Positions 49,493 through 57,127 of a stretch of 64,000 nucleotides of DNA are shown here, in pieces (position 1 is the first letter of the stretch; each line of letters starts with the position of its first letter). The notes beneath the pieces were generated by a model that was given only the letters and a program-made list of their open reading frames with translations, searched no databases and was not told the origin of the DNA. This DNA comes from a virus. Its lineage: Duplodnaviria > Caudoviricetes. The stretch lies in IMG/VR virus record IMGVR_UViG_3300017780_003104, positions 96,001-160,000 of that record, one strand, 5' to 3'. Made by a program: the position numbers and the translations under genes.

Positions 49493-50998
49493 ATGATTAC
49501 AAATCCCTTAACACAAACAGATGCTTATAAATTATCTCATCACGGGTTTATGGACCCATTGACGGAATATATTTACGCTAACCAAACACCAAGAGGTAGT
49601 AGTTACCTACCAGTTCTGAAACAATTTTATGATGATAAGTCCGTGATCTTCGGGTTACAACATTTCATCATTGATTTCCTAATTAATGATTATAACACTG
49701 GATTCTTCAATCTCCCAAAGGAGACTGTGATCAAGAAATTCAAACGTAGGTGTGATGCATATCTAGGAAAGGATAATGTTGATATGACTCGTTTTGAAGA
49801 ATTACATGATCTTGGATATCTTCCAATTCGTATCAAGGCACTACCAGAGGGTAGCAGAGTTAATGTTAAAGTTCCATATTTTACCATTACTAATACTCAC
49901 CCTAAATTTGCTTGGCTTACTAATTATCTTGAAACTATTATTTCCTGTGAAACTTGGAAACCGATTACCAATGCCACTATCGCATTTGAATTCCGTAAGA
50001 TGTTTAATAAGTTTGCTATGGAAACAGTTGGAAATACCGATGGTGTCTGTTTTCAAGGACATGGATTTGAATTTCGTGGTATGAGTGGGAGACACGATTC
50101 TGCTATTAATGGTGCGGCATTCCTTTTAAGCTTTATGGGAACAGATACTATTCCTGCTATTGATTTACTTGAAGATTATTATAATGCTGATGCCGATAAA
50201 GAACTTATTGCTGCTTCTGTTCCAGCATCCGAACATAGCGTAAGTAGTCTTGGAACTGCATTAACAGGGGAGTTGGATTTCTTTAGAGATGCCATCACAA
50301 AACATTATCCAACTGGTATCGTTAGTCTTGTTAGTGACACCTACGACTACTTTAAAGTCATCACTGAGTATGCAACAATTCTTAAAGATGATATCTTAAA
50401 TCGTCAACCCAATGAACTTGGATTAGCTAAAGTTGTATTTAGACCTGATAGTGGAAATCCGGTCAATATTATTTGTGGTGATCCTAATGCTCCTATTGGT
50501 AGTAATGAATACAAAGGCTCCGTTGAGTGTTTATGGGAAATCTTTGGAGGGACTGTATCTGAACAAGGTTATAAGACATTAAACCAAAGGGTGGGATTAA
50601 TCTATGGAGATTCTATCACTCAACAAAGAGCGTATGATATTTTAACTCGTCTCAAAGAAAAAGGATTTGCATCTAATAATATTGTATTCGGGGTTGGGTC
50701 TTATACTTTAAATCTATTAACGCGTGATTGTTTGGGTATGGCTATTAAGGCTACTTGGGCGCAAGTTGATGGTGTGGGTTACGATATTTATAAAGATCCT
50801 ATCACTGATGATGGTCTTAAAAAGTCTGCCAAAGGTCGTCTTAGGGTTGATCTAATTGATGGTGAATATGTTTTGAAAGATCAATGCACGGAAGAAGAAG
50901 AATCTGGAGGAGAACTCAAGACAGTTTTTCTTGATGGTAAATTGATTGTTGATCAAACACTTACTGAGATTCGTGCAAGAGTCGCAACACAATTCTAA
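49493..50998 (+). CDS. Nicotinamide phosphoribosyltransferase-like protein (Namat/Nampt)
   Basis: TDAYKLSH, HGFEFRG, ASEHSV, SLVSDTYD, FRPDSGNP, YGDSIT and KKSAKG. Confidence 0.93.
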   Translation: MITNPLTQTDAYKLSHHGFMDPLTEYIYANQTPRGSSYLPVLKQFYDDKSVIFGLQHFIIDFLINDYNTGFFNLPKETVIKKFKRRCDAYLGKDNVDMTRFEELHDLGYLPIRIKALPEGSRVNVKVPYFTITNTHPKFAWLTNYLETIISCETWKPITNATIAFEFRKMFNKFAMETVGNTDGVCFQGHGFEFRGMSGRHDSAINGAAFLLSFMGTDTIPAIDLLEDYYNADADKELIAASVPASEHSVSSLGTALTGELDFFRDAITKHYPTGIVSLVSDTYDYFKVITEYATILKDDILNRQPNELGLAKVVFRPDSGNPVNIICGDPNAPIGSNEYKGSVECLWEIFGGTVSEQGYKTLNQRVGLIYGDSITQQRAYDILTRLKEKGFASNNIVFGVGSYTLNLLTRDCLGMAIKATWAQVDGVGYDIYKDPITDDGLKKSAKGRLRVDLIDGEYVLKDQCTEEEESGGELKTVFLDGKLIVDQTLTEIRARVATQF

Positions 50999-50999
50999 T

Positions 51000-51470
51000 A
51001 TGAAACATATAGTAATTAAAGCACCAGAAAGAAAGCACATTCACCAAGATATACTTAGCGTATTTTTAGCTGGTTCTATCGAAATGGGAACCGCTGAAAA
51101 CTGGCAAGATAAAGTTATTGATGGGCTTTCTATTCATCATCGTATAGCGTTCTTAAATCCTCGTAGGGATGATTGGGATAGCACATGGACACAAGACCTC
51201 AATAATCCACAATTTTATGATCAAGTGACTTGGGAGCTTAACATGTTGAATAAGGCGGATATTATAGTGATGTATTTCGATCCAAACACTAAGTCTCCTA
51301 TCAGTCTTCTTGAACTTGGATTGTATGCAGGTAGTGGAAAACTTATTGTGTGTTGTCCTGATGGATTCTGGAGAAAGGGTAACGTTGATATCGTATGTCA
51401 ACGTTTCAACATTCCAGTATTCACCAATATTGAAACTCTTTTAATGGAAGTGAAGAATCAAATTAATTAA
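51000..51470 (+). CDS. Nucleoside 2-deoxyribosyltransferase-like protein
   Basis: VFLAGSIEMG...WQ, NPRRDDW, QVTWEL, SPISLLELG and GNVDIVC; ATG at 51000. Confidence 0.85.
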   Translation: MKHIVIKAPERKHIHQDILSVFLAGSIEMGTAENWQDKVIDGLSIHHRIAFLNPRRDDWDSTWTQDLNNPQFYDQVTWELNMLNKADIIVMYFDPNTKSPISLLELGLYAGSGKLIVCCPDGFWRKGNVDIVCQRFNIPVFTNIETLLMEVKNQIN

Positions 51471-51490
51471 AACCGAAGTATAATAAACAT

Positions 51491-51829
51491 ATGAAACAAG
51501 TAATGCTAAAAGAATATATTCGCAATCCAGAAACCCAACAACCCCGTGGTATTGCGCTCGCAATTCGTAAAGATGATGAAGTCCTTTATGGTTTCTCTCT
51601 TTTGAATACTAAGATGGATCGTTTTGATAAGACTGTCGGATTCAACATTGCACTTAACCGTGCTTTGTCTGATTCTTACACTCTTCCTGATACTCCTGAT
51701 CGTGAAGCTATGGTTCTAGGGGCTTTCAATCGTTTGGAACAACGCGCATTGAAATACTTTAAGGATATTGATCCTGCTAAGGTTAAGCTTTGCCCATCCA
51801 ATATCGAAAGTCCTTATCTTGAAAATTAA
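51491..51829 (+). CDS. Hypothetical protein
   Basis: Motif-headed. Confidence 0.65.
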   Translation: MKQVMLKEYIRNPETQQPRGIALAIRKDDEVLYGFSLLNTKMDRFDKTVGFNIALNRALSDSYTLPDTPDREAMVLGAFNRLEQRALKYFKDIDPAKVKLCPSNIESPYLEN

Positions 51830-51830
51830 T

Positions 51831-52079
51831 ATGAAATATCTAATTATACTGGTAATCGGAATCGTTTCACTATCATGCACTGATGCTGAACGTTCAAAGA
51901 TTGGTGGATATGGTGATAAGTTTAAGGTAGAAATGTATTCCGGTGGTCAAAAGGTTCGTGAATGGACTTCCAGTGGAAAAGTATTATCAGAAAATGGTTC
52001 TGATGGTTACTATTTTAATGATAATGAAACCGGAAAACTCATTGAAGTTAGTGGTGATGTAGTTATCACTAAACTGTAA
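51831..52079 (+). CDS. Small lipoprotein
   Basis: MK-hydrophobic-VSLS|C lipobox; ATG at 51831. Confidence 0.7.
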   Translation: MKYLIILVIGIVSLSCTDAERSKIGGYGDKFKVEMYSGGQKVREWTSSGKVLSENGSDGYYFNDNETGKLIEVSGDVVITKL

Positions 52080-52105
52080 ACAAAACATCTTTTACATTAT
52101 AAATA

Positions 52106-52420
52106 TCCGGTGTTCGAATCATCGGTCTTGGAAGGCCCGCCTACCTAACAGGGCTGATAGCTTAATGGAAACTAAAAGCGTTATAATGTGAAAACTCAGT
52201 GGATAGGTTGTAACATCCCACTTTTTAAGTAGAAAACAGAAGTGTAAGCTGTAAATGATTCCACAAATATTCTAGATGATAAGTTGTGGATGTGTTCTCA
52301 CCTATTGGCTCATAACTGATAGAACTAGTGGGGTTGGAGTAACGACCAACTACTTAATCTTGTATAGAGAGTAAGAATCTTTTTCATGCGGAGTTTTCGG
52401 TCCCGTTCTTATAACCGATA
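52106..52420 (+). ncRNA. About 310-nt structured RNA upstream of thg1
   Basis: Follows TATAAATA (52098-52105); T-loop hairpin CCGGTG-TTCGAAT-CATCGG; GTTATAA/TTATAAC, TTAAGTAG/CTACTTAA, TCCACAA/TTGTGGA and GTTGG/CCAAC. Confidence 0.6.
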
Positions 52421-52432
52421 CATTTTAATATT

Positions 52433-53230
52433 ATGAATAACAAAGACGGACTAGGAGACAGAATAAAAAATTACGAAAGTATTTCAGAGCATTACTTTCT
52501 ACCAAAGACTCCGATTATTATTCGCGTTGATGGTAAAAGTTTTCATACGTGGACTAAAGGTTGTCAAAGACCTTTCGATCAAACGCTGATCACTTGTATG
52601 TTTGAGTCTGCTAAAGAAGTAGCTAAACAAATGCAAGGTTGTAAAGCTTTGTATGCTCAATCGGATGAAGTAACATTTGTTCTTACTGATGATACTACTC
52701 TTGATTCACAACAATGGTTTGGCGGTAGACAGAACAAGATTGAAAGTGTTACTGCTGCAATGATGACAGCATACTTTAATAAGAATTGGTTACATTCTGT
52801 TCCTAGACATATGGTTGATTATGATTTTCACGTAGATTACACCCCCGCTATCTTTGATGCCCGTGCTTTTCAATGTCCTAAAGATGATGTTGCTAATGTC
52901 TTTCTATGGAGAGTAAAGGATTGGGAACGTAATAGTCTCAATATGTATTGTGAACAGTTCTTCTCTCATAAGGAACTGCAAGGTCAAGGTCGTGCTGATA
53001 GACATGAAATGCTTCATAAGATTGGACATAATTGGGCTACTGAATGCACCGATCAACAAAAGAATGGTTCGTGGTATTCTCCGGGAAAACCTGATAAGTT
53101 CAACCTCACTAATTACTATGATATCGATGATTATATCTTTCGTGACGGTATTGCTTATGTAATGTCAAAGAAGATGCAATCAGAGGATTTAAGTTGGATG
53201 AGTAAAATGATTGTAAAGAGAATGGGTTAA
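52433..53230 (+). CDS. thg1: tRNA-His guanylyltransferase / Thg1-like 3'-5' polymerase
   Basis: RIKNYE, IIRVDGKSFH, YAQSDEV, FDAR and WRVKD.ERNS. Confidence 0.92.
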   Translation: MNNKDGLGDRIKNYESISEHYFLPKTPIIIRVDGKSFHTWTKGCQRPFDQTLITCMFESAKEVAKQMQGCKALYAQSDEVTFVLTDDTTLDSQQWFGGRQNKIESVTAAMMTAYFNKNWLHSVPRHMVDYDFHVDYTPAIFDARAFQCPKDDVANVFLWRVKDWERNSLNMYCEQFFSHKELQGQGRADRHEMLHKIGHNWATECTDQQKNGSWYSPGKPDKFNLTNYYDIDDYIFRDGIAYVMSKKMQSEDLSWMSKMIVKRMG

Positions 53231-53259
53231 TGAATCATTAATCAAAATATAATAGCGAT

Positions 53260-53547
53260 ATGATGACAATAAAATTGGATACAAGTATTTTAGATAAATT
53301 TCTCGAATACTTCGAAAACGATAATAAGTTCATCGAATGTAACTTCAATTTTCAAATCTCTGGGAAAGATGATGGTGAGGATTTCATGTTGAATGATTCC
53401 GCGTCATTTATTAAAGATAGTAATGGGAACCTTCAGGTTTCTTATAATGGGCAACTATACAACCTACAGTTTTGGCTTGATGGTTGGGATTATGACGATG
53501 CTAATATTGACGCTATCTATATCACAACTATAACTAAAAGATATTAA
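53260..53547 (+). CDS. Hypothetical acidic protein
   Basis: 95-aa ORF. Confidence 0.6.
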   Translation: MMTIKLDTSILDKFLEYFENDNKFIECNFNFQISGKDDGEDFMLNDSASFIKDSNGNLQVSYNGQLYNLQFWLDGWDYDDANIDAIYITTITKRY

Positions 53548-53571
53548 TTAAAATCAAAATACCATACTGGT

Positions 53572-53772
53572 ATGGAACACGACGAATTTATCAGTCAGTT
53601 GAAAGAAAAGTTCTACAATAAGAATACTTGGCTTAAACCATCATATGCTTTACAAGATGCAGTTCTCGATACAATCAAATCATTTCTTCTGAAAAAGAAT
53701 CTCGTTATTATATCTAGATCTGATCTTTCTAAATTGGAAAATAAGGCAGCTAATATTCCTGAAAATTATTGA
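53572..53772 (+). CDS. Hypothetical protein
   Basis: Motif-variant-headed. Confidence 0.55.
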   Translation: MEHDEFISQLKEKFYNKNTWLKPSYALQDAVLDTIKSFLLKKNLVIISRSDLSKLENKAANIPENY

Positions 53773-53773
53773 T

Positions 53774-53950
53774 ATGAAAGTAACTGTTAAAAACTGTATC
53801 AAACGTCTCGAAAAAGAGAAAGACCTTCTCGCTAAGAGACGAGATTCTATTAGAGAATATCTTGATGAACTTCAAGAACTTGATGATAATTGTAATAGTG
53901 CAATTGAAGATATTGAATGTGCTATTGATAAACTAAGTGAACTTGTATGA
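53774..53950 (+). CDS. Small coiled-coil protein (below the track cutoff)
   Basis: MKVTVKNCIKRLEKEKDLL...IDKLSELV*, 58 aa; ATGA overlap with the next gene. Confidence 0.6.
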   Translation: MKVTVKNCIKRLEKEKDLLAKRRDSIREYLDELQELDDNCNSAIEDIECAIDKLSELV

Positions 53951-54603
53951 AAATTACTAAGAAAAAGGTAACTACTGTTACTGAGACTATTACCTATAAC
54001 ATTCATCCGAATGTTAGAATTATGGATGTTATTGTTAATGGTAAAGCTAGTCCAAGACAAATATTTAAGCATGGTAAGATCGTTAAAGATGGTGATTATA
54101 CGGTTGATTTTTGGCCTATCTATGATCCTGATTTAACATATCTTGAAGAAACTAATCCATTTTGGCGTCACAATAAAACAAAAGATTCTAAATGGTTTGA
54201 AGGTAATCCTCTTCCAGATGATGTGAATGATATTGATGTATCCAAGATCGTCTTTACAAGTGGTTATGATCATTCCTTTTGGACTGTAGACTTGGAACCA
54301 ATTCCTGTAGTGTTTTATGGAGACTATATTGATGCTGGTATTCGGTCGGGTAGGTTTGACCTTAAAAAATTACACAAACATCTTTCAAAACATAAACAAG
54401 TCAAAACCATTTCGGAAATAGAAATGATCCCATGGTATAATAATGATGGTTCAGAGACATATTTCACTATAACAGTATTACCAACAGTTAAACAGTTAAA
54501 GGAATTGAAAAAAAATAAACAACGAAGAGGAGAGTTTTTCTACAAACCTTGGAATGAAACTGATTACTTGGGAGTGAAGAAGTTCTACATCGGAAAAGAT
54601 TAA
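53947..54603 (+). CDS. Hypothetical protein
   Basis: 218-aa ORF. Confidence 0.65.
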   Translation: MKITKKKVTTVTETITYNIHPNVRIMDVIVNGKASPRQIFKHGKIVKDGDYTVDFWPIYDPDLTYLEETNPFWRHNKTKDSKWFEGNPLPDDVNDIDVSKIVFTSGYDHSFWTVDLEPIPVVFYGDYIDAGIRSGRFDLKKLHKHLSKHKQVKTISEIEMIPWYNNDGSETYFTITVLPTVKQLKELKKNKQRRGEFFYKPWNETDYLGVKKFYIGKD

Positions 54604-54673
54604 TTAAAACCGAAATATAATTGCGACATCGAAAGTCGCTTGACAAATCAAAAAACTAAACTAAGATAAACAC

Positions 54674-56329
54674 ATGTTTGAGAATAAAAGAAACGCAGAA
54701 GTCGTGACTGTTAAATCAGTTACTCGTAAGGAAGTTAACGCATTCCTAAACAATGCTAAAGCAGAATCATCCAAGACTCGTTCTGGTAACGGGGCATTGA
54801 AATTCAGTTCAAGTGGTGATTCGTTTACCGATCAGTTTACTAAGGCTGGTAAGTATAAGGAACCTCGTAAGTTCTCTCAAATCGCACAAGATTGTGAAAT
54901 GTTGTGGGGTGAAGACCCTCTCAAGTGTGTGAAGTTCGCATTGTTTCTTCGTACTATTCCTCGCGTAGTTAATCTTCCTGATGGAAGTAAGACTGAACTT
55001 CCTCAAAAGGGAACCGAGTTGAAGCATGAAGCAATTATGCGTATGCTTTGGTTGAGTGATAAGTCTCCTCAAGCATTCTGGAATAACATTCTATTGTTTG
55101 TTTCTCTTGGATCTTGGCACGATGTTTTCACTATGCTTCAATATGATCTTAGCTACAACGGTTGGAATAATCGTAAGCTTGATTGGGATAAGTTTGGTGA
55201 GTTGATTCTTGCTGGTCTTAACAATAAGAACACCTGTGATCTTATTAAGAAGTATCTTCCTCAAATCAAGTCTCGTAGTCAAGCTACGACTATTGATGCT
55301 CAATCCAACAATGCTATTGCTAAGTGGATTTGCTCTCTAGTCTTTGGTAACAAGGAAAGCGCATCTTCATACAAGGCTTATCGTAAGATCAAGACTAGTG
55401 GAACCGCGCATGATTGGCAAAAGCTTATCTCCCAAAAGAGAATGAGTGAATTGGATTTCAATAAAATTCATGGTCGTGCTCTATCAATTCTTGTTAAGAG
55501 TAAGTTCTTAAAGAACCAAGGACTTAGCGATAAGTATGCATCTTGGATTACTGCACCTACCACCAAGGAAGTTAAGTATACTGGATTCGTCCATGAACTC
55601 TTCGAAGGTAACTGGAAGAACGATAAGAACAACGAAGCAACTATCAATAAGCAATTCGATACTCTTGTTCAAAAGGCAAGAACTAATGAAGTTACTGATT
55701 TGATTGTCGTTCGTGATACTTCTGGATCGATGTCTTCAATTTGTCCCGGCACTAAGTCTTCATGTCTTGATGTTGGAAAGGCAATCGCTCTATACTTTAG
55801 TGAATTCCTTCAAGGAACCTTTGCGGGTCATTGGATTGAATTCAACTCTGATGCTAAACTTCAAAAATGGGTTGGTCAAACTCCCGTTGATAAGTGGAAG
55901 AATGATAAGTCAAGCTTTTATGGTGGAACTAACTTTCAAAGTGTTGTTAATCTTCTCGCTAAGATGAAGAAAGAGGGAACACCTGAAAGTGATTTCCCTA
56001 GCGGTATCCTTTGCATTTCCGATGCAGAATTCAATCCTACTTCATTAGGTAAAACTAATGTTGAGACTGCGTTGACTACTCTTCGTAATGCTGGATTCTC
56101 CAAGGCTTATGTTGATAACTTTGTGATTATTCTTTGGAACCTTCAAAATAGTTATTATGGTAAAGGGTCTGGTGAAAAGTTTGAGACTGGTAAAGAAGTA
56201 AACAACGTTTACTATCTGGGTGGGTATAGTGCCTCCGCAGTTAGTTTCCTTTCAGCTAAGATCAAGACAACCTATGATCTAATCAACGAGTGTCTTAATC
56301 AGGAAGTTTTGAATATGGTTGAGATTTAA
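54674..56329 (+). CDS. Ro60/TROVE-like (DUF2828-type) RNA-binding protein with a C-terminal vWA domain
   Basis: Helical N-terminus (KFALFLR, GSWHD, KYLP) and vWA MIDAS elements VVRDTSGSM, GGTNF and ISDAEF; TTGACA-16-TAAGAT-N6-ATG upstream. Confidence 0.72.
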   Translation: MFENKRNAEVVTVKSVTRKEVNAFLNNAKAESSKTRSGNGALKFSSSGDSFTDQFTKAGKYKEPRKFSQIAQDCEMLWGEDPLKCVKFALFLRTIPRVVNLPDGSKTELPQKGTELKHEAIMRMLWLSDKSPQAFWNNILLFVSLGSWHDVFTMLQYDLSYNGWNNRKLDWDKFGELILAGLNNKNTCDLIKKYLPQIKSRSQATTIDAQSNNAIAKWICSLVFGNKESASSYKAYRKIKTSGTAHDWQKLISQKRMSELDFNKIHGRALSILVKSKFLKNQGLSDKYASWITAPTTKEVKYTGFVHELFEGNWKNDKNNEATINKQFDTLVQKARTNEVTDLIVVRDTSGSMSSICPGTKSSCLDVGKAIALYFSEFLQGTFAGHWIEFNSDAKLQKWVGQTPVDKWKNDKSSFYGGTNFQSVVNLLAKMKKEGTPESDFPSGILCISDAEFNPTSLGKTNVETALTTLRNAGFSKAYVDNFVIILWNLQNSYYGKGSGEKFETGKEVNNVYYLGGYSASAVSFLSAKIKTTYDLINECLNQEVLNMVEI

Positions 56330-56918
56330 ATATCTTAAACTTTCTATCTAAAAAGAGAGTGGAGTCTTTGTAAATAAAGTTTCCGATGCGACCAACTTTA
56401 TCTAGAATCAATAGACAAGCCGACTGATTTGGAAAAATTTACAATGACAATAATAACAGCAAAATTAGAAGAGGTTGACAAATCTAAATTTCATGATTAA
56501 ATAAAGATCCGATGAGGTTTCGGTAGCTTCCTATGGCGAACAAATAAAACTACCAATAAGATTGCTTCAGCAAATATATTTTTATTTAAGGAAAAACAAA
56601 AGCAATCTGATAAGAGGACAAACTACAAATACAAAAAATCAAACGTCCTCTGATAAGAATAAGTAACAGCAAAAACAATAAAAAATAAAAGCAAATATGC
56701 TAAACGATGAAAGTCGTCCGGGTATCCTCACCATATTAGAGGTTGTAATATGGAGCTTAGAAGGGAGTCAATCTTAACTTATTCTGATAAAGTCATAAAC
56801 TGCAAATAAAAATACTATTATGCAAAATAGCCTGTCGGTGGGTCCGAGGTAACTAAAACGGTTCGATTCCGTATCTATGACTTGCATAAAATCTCTTCAG
56901 CAAATAACGGAACGTAAA

Positions 56919-56996
56919 ACTCCCATACGTGTGGTTCAAATCCCGCTGCTCACACTTTATTAAAAAGTGGGTATAGCCAAGTGGTAAGGCAGGAGT
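56919..56996 (+). ncRNA. Circularly permuted tRNA-like domain (unit 5)
   Basis: 3' half ACTCC-CATAC-T arm-TGCTCAC precedes 5' half GTGGGTA-TAGCCAAGTGGTAAGGC-A-GGAGT. Confidence 0.8.
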
Positions 56997-57048
56997 CCAA
57001 AAACAATGAGATTTAATAGAAATACTCCAGCAAATAACGCAACAAGGA

Positions 57049-57127
57049 ACCGTGTGTCGAACGTTCGATTCGTTCTCTCCCACCATATAAGTAAAATGGG
57101 AGGTAGCTCAGTTGGTAGAGCAACGGT
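57049..57127 (+). ncRNA. Circularly permuted tRNA-like domain (unit 6)
   Basis: ACCGT-GTGTC-GAACG TTCGATT CGTTC-TCTCCCA-CCA precedes TGGGAGG-TAGCTCAGTTGGTAGAGC-A-ACGGT. Confidence 0.88.

Noticed and set aside
56505-56530. Hammerhead ribozyme (CCGATGAG; also CTGATAA at 40062)
   Set aside because: No CUGAUGA plus GAAA core with correctly placed stems.
56575-56600. Anticodon loop in unit 1
   Set aside because: Only A/T pairs and no canonical YU-NNN-RA 7-nt loop in a consistent register.
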